Shown here: positions 24,191 through 38,210 of the stretch, piece by piece
Layout: every line of letters begins with the position of its first letter
Numbering within the stretch: the first letter of the stretch is position 1
Origin: Chiloscyllium plagiosum
Lineage: Eukaryota
Assembly: GCF_004010195.1 (NCBI RefSeq)
Contig: NC_057719.1
Coordinates: 79,596,503-79,660,502, forward strand
Length of the DNA stretch: 64,000 nt
Reading direction: 5' to 3'
Notes under the pieces: generated by a model
What the model was told of the DNA's origin: nothing
Seen by the model: the letters and a program-made list of their open reading frames with translations, nothing else
The model's database searches: none
Program-made: the position numbers and the translations under genes

Positions 24191-24212
24191 AGAGAGAGAG
24201 AGAGAGAGAGAG
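24191..24212. repeat. (AG)n microsatellite
   Basis: agagagagagagagagagagag. Confidence 0.95.
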
Positions 24213-25314
24213 GGGCAGAATCTGGGAGGAGCTGCAAGTGAGCAACTGATGCAGGAGAGAAAATGGTTGGAGTTTGAAGTAACAGCTTGGAAGGCAAGTG
24301 GTTGCCTTGAGCAAGTCACTCGGCTTTACTTTAGCCAATTCCACATCTCAGGGGTGGCATCGTGTGGCTCCAAGGCCAAGGGGTCGACCAAGTGTGGCTC
24401 CATGTCACAAGGATGGTCGGGTAGTACTCCAGGTAATGGTGTGTCTCAGTACTGCTCTGCAGGGTGCCACCTCTTGTGGGCCTGAGGGGGGGGTAAGGAA
24501 ATGTAGAAACTGTAAGGAAGAAGAAGGAAGAGTCTGCACAGGTGGGCAAGCTGCAAAGGAGACTGTCAGCTTGCAGAGTAGGGGTCTGCAACACAGGAGA
24601 GCAAAGATTGAGGCTGCAGAGAAAATGGAGAGGCAAGGGATGGATGGAGAAAGTTCTAGAAAAGGAAAGAGAACAATTTGAAATCTGCCAACAATGGAAT
24701 ACTCAAGTACTTGGGGGGCCAGAAAAACTTGAAATCAGTGATGTCATGAACATGTTGAAAGTGACGTGGAATCTCTAGCTTAAGGCAGCATAAGATCAGG
24801 AGCCATTATTTGGGAGAAACGTAATGGATGCTATTATAATCAATACTGACTGTAGTTAAATTGATATCTGTGATTGAGATCTGAAATGCAGTAATTTGGG
24901 AAGTACAATGTACAAGTTGTGTGCATATTCAATCAAACACACTAGCTGTGACTTTGTGAATCTGTGAAAGGTGTGTTTCAGGTGCTAGCCTGTTGGCTGG
25001 TGGCAATTTAAATACTGTGCTGTTTCAGAAATTAAAGCTTTTCTGTGTGTTGTAGCTTTATTTTTAATGCAGGGTTGAAATTTGAGGAAAATGATGAGTC
25101 CTTGAAATTCTGTTTCTGTGTGAGTCCAAATATCCTGTAGGCCAACTCAAATACAGAAGACGTTGTTATCTTATCTGACTACATCACCTAGTAAATGAGT
25201 TAGTGGGAATGAAGATGTAGTCCCTGAAAAACAAAATGTAGCCTATGGAAATTATAGTGTATCTCTCAAGCAAATTTCAAGAAAAGCCCTCAGTAATGAT
25301 TGTTTTGACATTTT

Positions 25315-25760
25315 TTTGATTTAGTTTGATTTGATTTATTGTCGTCATATGTACTGAGATGCAGTGAAAAGTATTGTTTTCTAGTATGCTAATGTATGCT
25401 ATCCAGACAAAATCATACAAATCAAACAGAATACAGTATATAGTGTTACAGCCACAAAGGAGCTGCAGAGAATAGTCAACTCTAATATACGAGAGGTCTG
25501 TTCATAAGTCTGATAACAGCAGGGAAGAAGCTGTTCTTGAATCAATTGCTATGTGTTTCCAAACTTTTGTATCTTCTGCCCCAAGGGAGGAGGGTGCAAG
25601 AGAGTACAACTGGGCCAGGGAGGGATCTTTGATTACATTGGCAGCTTTCCCAAGGCACAGAGATGGAAGGCTGGTTTGCTTGATGGATAGGGCTGCATTG
25701 ACAGCTGTCTGTAATTCGTTGTGTGGTCTCAGGCACAGCAGTTGCCATACCAAGTTGTGG
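25315..25760 (-). mobile_element. Rex1/Babar-like LINE 3' fragment
   Basis: KAANVIKDPS..LLPWGRRYKSLETHSN, typical of the Rex1-type ORF end; tail catatgacgacaataaatcaaatcaaa. Confidence 0.75.
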
Positions 25761-27384
25761 GACAAGTTCACAAAAACTCAAGGCTGGTTGAGCAGTGAAT
25801 GACCAAGTTGTGTGTAATTGTCTGATGAAGTAGTGATCGCAAAGTGCATCATACTGAACTCTTAGCTTTCACTGGCCTTGATAAATAGAGACAGATACAA
25901 GAGCACAGTGTTTTACTGAGCTTATGGAAAATACATCGACCGGATCGTGACTATGGTTTCCAATTCTGGTCACCAGGAGGATGTGAAGGCTTTGAACAGG
26001 TTGCAAAGGAGTTTTACTAAAAAAAGCACCAAGAATGAGTGATTACAGACAAGTTTAGATTACTTCACTAACAGCCAAGAAACCTGAGAAGATTCGATGG
26101 AGGTGGATAAATTTCTGAAGGTTCAGATAATATAACCAAAAATTGTTTTCAGTGGCTGAAAGATCAATGATTCAGATTCTAATTGTTCAGGAAAAGAACC
26201 ACAGAAGTAACATTATATAAGGATTTGAAGTATACTCCTTCCCCGAAATCGAGGTGGCTACTGATTCAAATTAATGTTCAGGAGAAGATTGGATAACCGA
26301 ATGGTGTGAAGGGGTAAACAAAGATTGGATTGGTGAGGGCTAACGTTCTGTCTGAGCTGTGCCTGCATGCAATGTTCCACGCATTGTGATTGATATGCTA
26401 ATCAAGGCATGGGCTTCAATTTCCAGAAGTCACTGCAGCCGGTAAGAAAATTAGAGGGAACGCTGGAGGCGGTGGGGGGGTGGGGGGGGGGGGGGGTGGT
26501 GGCAGTGAAAGGAATGATAGGATTTCTTTCTGAAAGAACCATTGCGGACCCAATAGGCTGAAAGGTCTCCTTGTGGTTTGCGCCATTCCAAACAATAGGA
26601 CCCAAGATTCACCATCAGGGTACTTGACAGACGCTCCAATTTGACAGAGAAATAATGCAGCAGACTTAGAGAGGGTACGACGGACGAAGTCAGGCGTCAG
26701 GGAAAGAATGTTAGGGTCAAGGCCTGCAGCAGGGAGAGGAGCTCAAAATGGAGTCAGGCCACAGTGAGAGCATGGGAAAGACCCCCAGTCTAGCAGTGGA
26801 ACGGAGATCTGTCCATCAGACGAGAAGTACATGGGCAAATCTACAGCAGGGCAGCAAGCTCTGGAGGCAGCCTGCAAAGCAGTCCAGGAACAAAGGAAAC
26901 ACTCAGAGCAGGGAACGTGGCAAGCTGCATGAATCTGTTGGCTGAACACTTGGCTGAACACAGAGCTCTATGGTTGCCATTTCTGGGTGAACATGCAAAT
27001 GGCAGGTGAGAGTGCGTCTTCTGGACTGTGCGAGTGGCCCAACTGCGCCAACTGAGATTACTACTCTAAATGCTATTGGCTGACTGTGGACCTCAATCAC
27101 ATTGGATAGCTGGGCTTTAGCCAAGGGATGAGATTGATAGGGTAAGTACCTGGACGGTTGAGGGCCTTCGCCTCACATAGATGTGTTGAATCCGAGCGTG
27201 TGGCATCTTGGGGAAGGCCACTGAGGGCATCACAATGATTGCCCACTCACCTCACATTGATGGCAGTCAGCCATTATTTTACCACAGCAACAAGGTGCCA
27301 TAAACACGGGATTAAAGATATCGCACGGCGCAAGCAAATATTGCATCAGTAAAGGAAAAATCAGAAAAAAAATGGGACATAAGA

Positions 27385-27715
27385 GGGCACGGTGTCTCAC
27401 AGTGCCAGGGTTTGAGTTCAGCCTTGGGTAATTGTCTGTGTGGAGTTTGCACATTCTCCCCGTGTCTGCGTGGGTTTCCTCCGGGTGCTCCGGTTTCCTC
27501 CCACAATCCAAAGATGTGCAGGTTAGGTGGGTTGTCCATGCTAAATTGGTCACCATAGTGTCCAGGGATGTCTATGTTTAATGGACTAGCCATGGGAAAT
27601 GCAGGATTACAAGGATAGAGTAAGGGGGCTGTATTTGGGTGGGATGCTCTTCAAAGAGTTGGTGTGGACTTGCTTGGCTAAATGTCCTTTTTCCACATTG
27701 TAAGAATTCCATGGT
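27385..27715 (+). mobile_element. HE1-type SINE
   Basis: Body highly similar to other copies; deletion in head. Confidence 0.9.
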
Positions 27716-28336
27716 TCAATCCACACTACCTAATCAATTCAAATCCTTGTATGAAAATGAAAAGTGCAGGGAAGGTTTTGAATGTCCTGGTATTGTCCAA
27801 TGTTCCACTTAGTTTGCAGGTTACAGTATTACAGTACAGCTTTCTAAACATCTCACTCTCAAATGAAGGGATCCAGAATGCCCACATTTGTCAGATCTTG
27901 ATGAAGGACTTCCCAAGGCTCCACTGTATTTGGATCCTTCCCTGTCTTCAGTGGTGCGCGATGGTGAAACCTTTCTTTGTTTCCTAGCTTCGCAGTAACT
28001 TCGATCCATGCCAGAGCATCAGCCTCCAGTTAGTGTTTATGGCAGTCAGCCTACTAACTAAAGTATGAGCAGCTCAGAGCATGAATCCATAGATCCACCA
28101 GAATCAGCTTCAAGCTCAGGAGAATGGAGATGTGGCTACCTTCAGATCATCAGAGGCTGGAATCCCATCTGATGAAGGTATTCCTTCCAATGGGTTGGGG
28201 GGGGGGGAAGGAGGTAAACAGAACTTATTCATCCCAACTGCCATAAAAAATGGCCAAGAATATGGCTCGAAATTGAAGTCTTAGCCAGGAAGAGGCTTTG
28301 AGACTTAGGAGTGGGGCATGGTATGAGGAAGTAATG

Positions 28337-28640
28337 GGGAGGCAATGGTCAAGTGGGATTATCATGAAGCTGTTAATCCAGAGGCCTAGAGAATGTTCTG
28401 GGAACCCGGGTTTGAGTCCCTCCATGGCAGATGGCAGAATTTCACTAAAGAATCTGAAATTAAGAGCCTAGTAATGACAATGAATCCATTGTTGATTGTC
28501 AGAAAAACCCATCTGATTCACTAAAGTCCTTCAGGGAAGGAAACTGGTGTCTTTACCTGGTCAGGCCTACACTTGACTCCAGATGTGCAGCAATGTGATT
28601 GACTCTTAAATGCCCCAATTAGGAATGGATGAATAAATTT
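28337..28640 (+). mobile_element. Second tRNA-derived SINE family
   Basis: gggaggcaatgg..ccgggtttgagtcc..aaaaacccatctg..gactccaga. Confidence 0.8.
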
Positions 28641-29769
28641 TTAAGTGAAAATGAAGAAATTGTTAAGGGTCAAGTATTATTGGTTAAAAGGGGTACAGTG
28701 AAAGACTTCAGGGGAGGTGTAGCATATTAGCATTCTATGATATAGTCATCAATGATGCCATGGTGAGGACAGAACAAGATGGACATGGGACCTGTGATTC
28801 TAGGGTCTCAGAATGAGTCCCTCATCCTCTCCCTAATGTACTGTGGTATGTTTAATAAAACCCGTTGGTTTTAGCTTGCCAAAGTGCAAAGCTTATCCTA
28901 CTACAGCTAGACATTTGAAAATTACCAATTGCCTCAGATGCATCAGTATCCTGGGGCGATCACTGGGATCAGAATTTTAAAATTGCACCGCTACTAGGTC
29001 CCAACTCCACAATCTTTTGCAACCGTGGCCCCAGTTGATGCAAAATAAAAATCGACGGCAACCTTTCCTTTCACAACTCCGATGGCTTCGGAGATGAATC
29101 CAGCTCCAGTGAAGAAAAGTTCATGAAACCATCCATCGCTGGAGACGGGAAAAGATTAACCACGGGGACAGCTGATTTCGGAATCCCCAACCCTTAGAAG
29201 AATCCCGAGGGATGAATACAATTAATTGTAAGGCCAAAGTCAACAATAAGAGAATTGACAGTCCGGAATATTACAGGCACCAACTCAGGTGCGGGACAAA
29301 CTGAGGCTCTCGACTGTTTAACAGGGTGGAACGACACTCAGGCTTCATTGAACATCACTGCTTTCAAGAGGGATGTTAAACTAAAAGAGCTGGTTGACAG
29401 GTCTTAAAGAGAGAACATCACATATCCTGTGTGCCCAAGCTATGGATATATTTATATATTTATAAAGAACTGGAACAGTTTATTAAACAGCCCCTGTTAA
29501 AGTTGACAGGATATCAGGATCACCAGGAACACCATTTAAAAAAAAAGTGTAGCCTTAGCATCGCCATTAATTAAAGGACTCTATACCATTAGTAGACCCT
29601 GTTATAGGGGGGATTATATAACTCTTTTATGTTGGGTATGGCCTCAGCCTGCTTTCCTATTCAATTCAGGATCCTCTGTGTTTGTGTAGTTTAAGACCCT
29701 GTGCTAAAGGATAGCACACTTATAGCCCCAGTGTGTACCACATTGCAAGATGCATTAAGAGTGTTAAAC

Positions 29770-30900
29770 AAAAGTGCTGGGCCTCAGCTATTTACAATCT
29801 ATGTCAGTGAGGTGGTTGCGAGGTACAGGTATAAAGTATTCAGTTTTGCTTATGATACAAAGTTAGGTGGGAGAGCGTGTTGTGGACCATAGCACCATGA
29901 GACATGGGAGCAGAAGTAGGCCGCCGAGACTGCTTCATCATTCGGTGAGATCATGACTGATCTGGTCATCCTCAACTCCACTCTTCCCCCAACCCTTGAT
30001 TCACTTTCTGATGGAAAATCTGTCCACCCCAGTCTTGAATGTACTTAAAGACACAGCCTTGACAGCCCTGTGAGGCAAAGAAACCACGAAGTGATATTGA
30101 CAGGTTAGCTAAAGTGGGAAAGATCATGACAGATAGAATATAAGGTTTGAAATAGTAAGGTTGGCCATTTTTGGATGGAAAATAGAAAAGTACAGCATTT
30201 TTAAAATGGCAAGAGACTTGGGAAACTTGGGATGGAAGTGTTCTTGTGCAAAATCAACGAAGATTAACTTACAGCTATAGCAATTGGAAAGCCAGTAATA
30301 CCGTTAGCCTTCATTAGAAAGGGATTGGAGTTAAGAGTAAAGATCATTATTACCCCATACAGAGCATTGGCAAGACCCTGTCTGTAAAGGCTTGGTCTCC
30401 TTAGCCAAGGAACTACATATTTGCATTAGATAGAATGCAGCAAAAAAAAAATCAAAAGATTGATTCCTGGGTTGAGGGAATTGTCTTAGGAGATTGAGCA
30501 GACTGTACCTACATTCTCTAGAATTTAGAAACTGACAGGTGACCTCATTGAAATATATAAGGTTCTTTAGGGGCTTGTAAAAGTAGAAGGTTCCCCTAGT
30601 GGCAGAGAGTAGAATATGGAGTTACAGAAGGGATGACCATTTCAGACAGAGGAGAAATTTCTTCTCTCAAAACTTTGTGAATCTTTCAAATTCTCAACTC
30701 CAAATTTCTGTGGCAGCACAGTAGTTGAATGTCTTTAAAACACCAGTCACTAGATTGTTGGATATTATGAGTATCAAGAGACATAGGTGCAGTGCAGGAA
30801 GGTAGAGCTGAGGTAGAAGATTAGTCATGAATCATATTGAATGGTAGAACAGACTTGAAGGGCTGAATTACCTTCTCCATCTCCTACCTACTGTATTCTT
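29770..30900 (+). mobile_element. Old CR1 LINE RT/3' remnant with an inverted CR1-type tail nested at ~29888-30085
   Basis: GPQLFTIY..FAYDTKLGG (decayed FADDTK) in ORF 29701..29892; CR1-type downstream sequence. Confidence 0.7.
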
Positions 30901-31918
30901 AAGATGCACTAGAGCAATTTACTAAGGTTTCTTCAGCTGGATCTTCCTGCCATCATCTAGGACATCAATGTCAATGGAAATATGGGGCGCCATCATCTCC
31001 AGGTTTTGCTTCAAGCCATCCTAACTTGCTTCATATTGGACTAAATTTTCCTAAAACTTGGTTAAATGTCAATTTCAGGGACTTTCATGAAGGGTTTTTC
31101 TCTATGCAGCCCTATTGAGCTATGCCCTGCAATTCTCTGTTGCTCAATGCATTATGTACACACCATGCCTCTACAGCATCACTCCTGCATTCACCGGTGA
31201 TGGAAATGCTCGCTGCTGCTGGGACCCTTCCAGTTTCCTGACACCAAGCCCATGTTTAAAACCCAACAGGGCATCACGTCAAACAGTGTCAACCAGGAAT
31301 TACCCTTCACATAGACATATTCCAAGGGAAATAAAATGGACAAGTTTCTAAGGCACTTAAGTGACCACAGACAGCATTTCATTGGAAATAGTATATCTTA
31401 TTTGTAAAATTATTGGCATTTTAAGTCATTATCTGTCTGACCAACTACCATAGTAGCTGAAGCTACAGGAATGAAATGACAGTGCCCACCCTTCTTAAGT
31501 AGAACTACTCTTTCCCTGATGCCCATCATAACATAACATCTTGTCCGAGCTCAAAGTTGTAAAACCATCAAACAGTTGTTAATGTTAACTTTTTTTAAAC
31601 AATCAGTAAAGTGAAGAAAGAACAAAAAGAAAAGGTTTATTTCTTTCCAGGAGTAAACTGGAACAACTTTCGAGCAACACATTCACAGTCAATGGACAAT
31701 GCCTTCACCTGACACATCTCCATTGGGAACCGAATGCCAATTAAGTCATGTCAGGCATTTTATGCCTAGTGTTGCTACGTTCTGTAATGATAAATGTGAA
31801 GTTCCTCCTGATTAATGCCTCCATCCTCCTTGTCAGAAGACTGCTTCTGCTCTCCCAGCTCTTCAGCCTCCATCAGTCCTTCCTCTTTGCTTGCTCCAGT
31901 TGTGCAGACCCAGCTTGC

Positions 31919-34900
31919 TAGAGTCATAGTCATAGAAATGTACAGCATGGAAACAGACCCTTCAGTCAAACTCTTCCATGCTGACCAGACATCCCAACCC
32001 AATCTAGTCCCACCTGCCAGCACCTGGCCCATATCCCTCCAAACCTTCTGATTCATTTACCCATCCAAATCCCTTTTAAATGTTGTAATCGCACCAGCCT
32101 CCATCACTTCCTCCGTCAGCTCATTCCATACACGTACCACCCTTTGCATGAAAAAGTTGCCCCTTAGGTCTCTTTTATATCCTTCCCCTCTCACCCTAAA
32201 CCTATGCCCTCTAGTTATGGATTCCCCCACCCCAGGGAAGACACTTTGTCTATTTGTTCTATCCATGCCCTCCATGATTTTACTAACCTCTACAAGGTCA
32301 CCTCTCAGCCTCCGACGCTCCAGGGTAAACAGCCCCAGCCTATTCAGCCTCTCCCTGTAGCTCAAATCCTCTAACCCTGGCAACATCCTTGTAAATCTTT
32401 TCTGAACCCTTTCAAGTTTCACAACATCCTTTTGATAGGAAGGAAACTAGATTTGCACGTAATATTCCAAAAGTGGCCTAACCAATGTCCTGTACAGCTG
32501 CAACATAACCTCCCAACTCCTGTATTCAATACTCTGATCAATAAAGGAAAGCATACCAAATGCTGCCTTCACTATCCTATCTACCTGCGACTCCACTTTC
32601 AAGGAGCTATGAGCCTGCACTCCAAGGTCTGTTTGTTCAGTAACACTCCCTGGGACTTTACCATTAAGTGTATAAGTCCTGCTAAGATTTGCTTTCCCAA
32701 AAGGCAGCACTTCGCATTTATCTAAATTAAACACCATCTGCCACTTCTCAGCACATTGCAATTACTTCCCTACCTTCCCACAGTGTTCTAACGTACACCT
32801 GATCAGGTCCTGGGGATTTATTCACTTTTATGTGTTTCAAGACATCCAGCACTTCGTCTTCTGTAATATGGACATTTTTCAAGATGTCACCATCTATTTC
32901 CCTACATTCTATATCTTTCATGTCCTTTTCCACAGTAAACACTGATGCAAAATACTCGTTTAATATCTCCCCCATCTCCTGCGGCTCCACACAAAGTCCG
33001 CCTTGTGAGCTTTGAGGGGCCTTATTTTCTCCCTAGTTACCCTTTTGTCCTTAAAGTATTTGTGAAAACCCTTTGGATTCTCCTTAACTCTATTTGCCAA
33101 AGCTATCTCATGTCCCCTTTTTGCCCTCCTGATCTCCCTCTTAAGTATACTCCTATTATCTTTATACTCTTCTAAGGATTCAATCGATCTATCTTGTCTA
33201 TACCTTACATATGCTTCCTTCTTTTTCTTAACCAAAACTTCAATTTCTTTAATCATCCAGCGTTCCCTATACCTACCAGCCTTTCCTTTCACCCTGACAG
33301 GAATATACTATCTGTGGACTCTCAATATCTCATTTCTGAAGGCTTCCCATTTTCCAGCTGTCCCTTTACCTGTGAACATCTGCCCCCAATCAGCTTTTGA
33401 AAATTCTTGCCTAATACCATAAAATTAGCCTTTCTCCAATTTAAAACTTCAACTTTTAGATCTGGTCTATCCTTTTCCATCACTATTTTAAAACTAATAG
33501 AATTATGGTCACTAGCCCCAAAGTGCTTCCCCACTGACACCTCAGTCACCTGCTCTGCCTTATTTCCCAAGAGTAGGTCAAGTTTTGCACCTTCTCTCGT
33601 CGGTACATCCACATACTGAATCAGAAAATTTTCTTGTACACAATTAACAAATTCCTCTCCATCTAAACTCTTAACACAATGGCAGTCACAGTCTATGTTT
33701 GGAAAGTTAAAATCTCCTACCATAACCACTCTATTATTCTTACAGATAACTGAGATCTCCTTATAAATTTGTTTCTTAATTTCCCTCTGACTATTAGGGG
33801 TCTATAATGCAATGCCAATAAGGTGATCATCCCTTTCTTATTTCTCAGTTCCACCCAAATAGCTTCCCTGGATGTATTTCCGGGAATATCGTCCCTCAGC
33901 ACAGCTGTAATGCTGTCCCTTATCAAAAACACCACTCCCCATCCTCTCTTGCCTCCCTTTCTTTCCTTCCTGTAGCATTTGTATCCTGGAACATTAAGCT
34001 GCCAATCCTGTCCATCGTTGAGCCATGTTTCTGTAATTGCTATGATATCCCAGTTCCATGCTCCTAACAATGTCCTAAGTTTATCTGCCTTCCCCCTTCA
34101 GCCTCTTGCATTGAAATAAATGCAGTTCAATTTATCAGTCCTACCTTGTTCTCTGCTTTGTCCCTGCCTGCTCTGACTGTTTGACTCGCTTCTTTTCTTA
34201 ACTGCACCAGTCTCAGATTGATCTCTTTCCTCACTAACTCCCTGAACACCCCCCCACCCCACCACCACCACACTCCCCACCCCACCACCTTACCAGTTTA
34301 AATCCTCTTGAGCATGCCAAGCAGCTCTAGTAAGTCTCCCTGCCAGTATCTTAATCCTCTTCCAATTCAAGTGCAATCCGTCCTTCTTGTACAGGTCACT
34401 CCTACCCCAGAAGAGATTCCAATGATCTAAAAATGTGAATCCTTCTCCCATACATCAGCTTCTCTGCCATGCATTCATCTGCTGTATCCTTCTATTTCTA
34501 TCCTCACTAGCTCGTAGCACCAGGAGTAATCCAGATATTACTACCCTCAAGAATCTCTTTTTTAAAATTCCTGCCTAACTCTCTATATTCTCCCTTCAGA
34601 ATCTCATTCTTTTCCCTTCCTATGTCATTGGTTCCAATGTGTGTAATGACCTTGAGGACATTCTGCACCCTCTCTGAGACATCCTTGATCCTGGCACCAG
34701 GGAGGCAACACACCATTCTGCTTTTTCACATCTGTCTTTGCCTCAGACTAGAGAGTCCCCTGGTACAATCAATCACTTGGAACCCGACGTAAGCCTCATT
34801 GCATTAGAGCCAGTCTCAATGCCAGAAACTTGGCTGTTCGTGCTACGTTGCCCTGAGAATCCATCACCCCCTATATTTTCCAAAACAGCATACCTGTTTG

Positions 34901-35165
34901 AAATGGGGATAGCGCTACCTGCCTACCTCTCTTACCTTTCCTGGAGTTAACCCATCTATGTTACTGTATTTGTAACTTTTCTCCCTTCCTATAACTGCCA
35001 TCCATCACATCCACTTGTTCTTGTAAATTCCTCATTGCCTCTAACTGTCTCTCCAACCGATCCATTTGATCTGATAGGATTCGCAACCAATAGCATTTAT
35101 TGCGGATGTAATCCTCAGTAACACCTAAACTCTGTCTGGACTGTATTGCAAAGTCCGCCTTCTCC
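31919..35165 (-). mobile_element. Near full-length CR1 LINE: ORF1 (zinc finger/leucine zipper + SGNH esterase) and ORF2 (APE endonuclease; RT core deleted near 32758)
   Basis: EDYIRNKCYWLRILSDQMDRLERQL; VCCLPGARIKDV..HIGTNDIG; CIYFNAR, IIAITETWL, GDFNFPNID, LDLLL, SDHNSI; many frameshifts. Confidence 0.95.
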
Positions 35166-36409
35166 CAGAACCTCATATTTGGGAGGCCTATTCCCTGCTG
35201 AGGTAAAAAGGCTGCACTACATCTACACTCAGTCTGAGTCAGAGAGTTCCATAATGGTTGCTAAGGGTAACTCTTGTCTCCCAGTAACTATCTATGTAAG
35301 GCTTCCCAGCCATTTAATTTGAAATTTTTCAAATTTCTTTCAAACTCACTTTTCCTTACTATCTTCTTCCTCTACCTGAATAGTCTTCTAAAAGCCAAAT
35401 GTTTGACTGTGCCCTACCCTTTCTCATTGCTCTCATTTCTTTCTTCGTGTACAACTTGAGAAATTTTCAGATGTCCATATGTAGGGCAGTGTTATATAAG
35501 AGCAAGTACTTTTTGTAACTGATATCTATGATGTATCAGAACTCAAACACCCTGTCTACAAAGTATTGTCTCCCATTGTCACAATGTTATCGCACATCTC
35601 CATAATTCCATAACTATTGGCACTTTCAAGCTCAAACTTACACAATTTTGATTACCCAGAATTTGCCCAGCTGTGATGATGACTTCCCGCCTGTAGTGGC
35701 ATTGCTGTTTCTCATGGCTGCATCCGCCAACAACTATTTTCAATTCAACTATCCTGCTTTTGTAAATGCGCAGCAGTACACATTGTGATTTAGCTATTAT
35801 TGATAACATTAAAAACGTTTATATCAAAGAAAGTACAGAATTATATAACTTTAAAATAAGGAGTAAACTGTGTCTGTGATCTTGGTCCTATTTTCATAGC
35901 ATTTCTAAGACTCTCCCGATATAAAACATTGAGATGTACTATTACAGCCTCAAAATTCTCTTAGCTCCCTAAATCTGGCCTCTTGCACATTCCAAATGTT
36001 AATTGCTGCATCATGTCATGTTTTTCAGCTGCTAGGCCTTATGCTTTGGAATATTCTCCCTCCGCAGCTCTTCCAATGTTCTTTACAATTTACCTCTGAC
36101 CAATCTTTCAGTAATTTCTCCTCATAGTTCCTTCTGTGGCGCATTGCTAAATTGTATTTGGGATAATCTGACATGTTCAAGACACTATAATCCTGCCTCA
36201 AAATTCTTATCAAATTTTGCCACTTTATTACCAATATTAATACTAGATAAAGTATGCAGAATAAATCAGGGCAGGAGGTAGAATTCCATCCATGGGCCCA
36301 TATGTTTTTTCAGATGGATATTCAGGATCCAAAAGCACTGTTGGTAAGGAGAGAGAGAGAGATCCCTGATGTTTTGGCCATTTTATATCTTTCAAACAAC
36401 ATCATTAAT

Positions 36410-36958
36410 GGGGAGGCAATAGCCTAGTGGTATAATCGCTAGACTATTAATTAGCTAATGTTCTGGAATCCTGGGTTCAAGTCCTGCCATGGCAACTATT
36501 GGAATTTGAATTCAATATAGAATCTGGATTTAAGAGTCTAACAATGATCACAAATCCATTGTCAATTGTTGGAAAACCCCATTTGGATCACAAACGTTCT
36601 TTAGGGAAGGAAATCTGCCATCTTGGCCTATATGTGACTCCAGGAGAAAGTGAGGACTGCAGATGCTGGAGATCAGAGCTGAAAATGTGTTGCTGGAAAT
36701 GCGCAGCAGGTCAGGCAGCATCCAAGGAGCAGGAGAATCGACGTTTCAGGCATGAGCCCGAAACATCGATTCTCCTGCTCCTTGGATGCTGCCTGACCTG
36801 CTGCACATTTCCAGCAACACATTTTCAGCTCTATATGTGACTCCAGACCCACAGCAATGTGGTTGACTCTTAACTGCCCTCTGGGTAATTAGGGATGGGC
36901 AATAAACACTGACCTAGCCAGAGACTCTTTCCTCCCATGAATGAATAATTTTTTTTTA
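36410..36958 (+). mobile_element. Second tRNA-derived SINE family, interrupted by a PLE mini-element
   Basis: tagcctagtgg A box, gggttcaagtcc B box; continues after 36846. Confidence 0.85.
36644..36830. mobile_element. Palindromic PLE mini-element (family A), 187 bp, centred on HHR stem II
   Basis: Perfect 16-bp TSD ctatatgtgactccag (36628-36643 / 36831-36846); centre gacgtttc-aggc atga gccc-gaaacatc. Confidence 0.92.
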
Positions 36959-37469
36959 AAACTATTGCCTGAATATTTTGCTGCTGCTTGTAGCATCTTG
37001 CTGTTTGCAAATTGCATGCTTCCTTTTCTACATTTTAATAACAACCAGCACTTCAAAAAATACGACATTCTGCACTGGGTTGTCCAGTTTATGTTAGGCA
37101 CTATATAAATTCAACTATTTTCCTTTTAAGTGCTGCCTCATACCCTAACACTCCCTGGAAATTCTAATAGAATATAAGGTGAATGAAGACCTGTTACTTG
37201 CCTCATTTCTTAGAAATAACATGCAAATTGAGTTAACCAAAAGAACAAGAGAGTTAATCACATATAAATAGGTGAGAAAAGAGTTAAGTATCTTTCTACC
37301 GGTTAATGTGAGGGATTTTGTTTTCAAACATAAGGCAGATTAATTGACTTCTGATTTTTGTTCTTATGAAGAACAGGAATCCAATCATGGTTTGTGGGTT
37401 AGTGGAAAATGTAGATACTCCATTTATGCAAATATGACCTATTACTTTCAAAAATGCAAGGAACAATTA

Positions 37470-37808
37470 ATAGAATCCCCACAGTGTGAAAAGAGGCCAT
37501 TCAGCCCATCAATTCTCCCCCAAACTACTGAATACCATCCTACTCAAACCCATCCCCTTCCTCGAATCCTACATTTCATATCACTAATCCACCTAGCCTG
37601 TACATCCCTAGGCACTACCGGGCAACTATAGCATGACAACCTGCACATCTTTGGACAGTGGGAGAAAACCGGAGTACTCGGTGGAAACCCATGCAGACAA
37701 GGGAACAGTGTGCAAACTCCACACAGACAGTCACCTAAGGATGCAATTGAACCAATGCTCCTGGTGCTGTGAGGCAACAGTGGTAAACACTTAGCCACTG
37801 TGCCGCTC
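37470..37808 (-). mobile_element. HE1-type SINE, diverged
   Basis: Reverse complement of HE1. Confidence 0.88.
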
Positions 37809-37864
37809 AAATAAGGCACACATATTTATGCTTTAGCTGCAGGATAGTACATTATATGATACTG

Positions 37865-38195
37865 AGCACATGGTGGCTTAGTGGTACTGTCACTGAACTT
37901 GTAATCCAAAACTCTAGGCTAATATTCTGGGACATAGGTTTGAATTATACTGTGGTGGATGGTGAAGTTTGAATAAAAATGTGAGTTTAATGGTGAACAT
38001 AACCATTGTCAAGTGTTGTAAAAGTCTATCTGGTTCATTAATGCCCTTTACGGAAGGAAATCTGCCAACATTACTCAGTCTGGCCTACATGTGACTCCAG
38101 ACCCATAGAAATGTGTTTAATTCTTAATCGCCTCTGGGCAATAAATATCGTCTTAGCCAGCGGCACCTGTGTCCCATGAAGAGTTGAAAAAGAAT
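37865..38195 (+). mobile_element. Second tRNA-derived SINE family
   Basis: Homologous to the 36410 copy and shows the uninterrupted site ggcctacatgtgactccagaccc. Confidence 0.8.
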
Positions 38196-38210
38196 ATTAT
38201 TTACGTGTTC

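Noticed and set aside
26700..27320. Harbinger-like Myb/transposase remnants (also ~62550-63100)
   Set aside because: Only vague resemblance; no catalytic motif or terminal inverted repeats that I can verify.
29040..29200. CpG-containing open frame KIDGNLSFHNSDGFGDESSSSEEK..
   Set aside because: In-frame stop just upstream, no convincing splice pair, no recognised homology.
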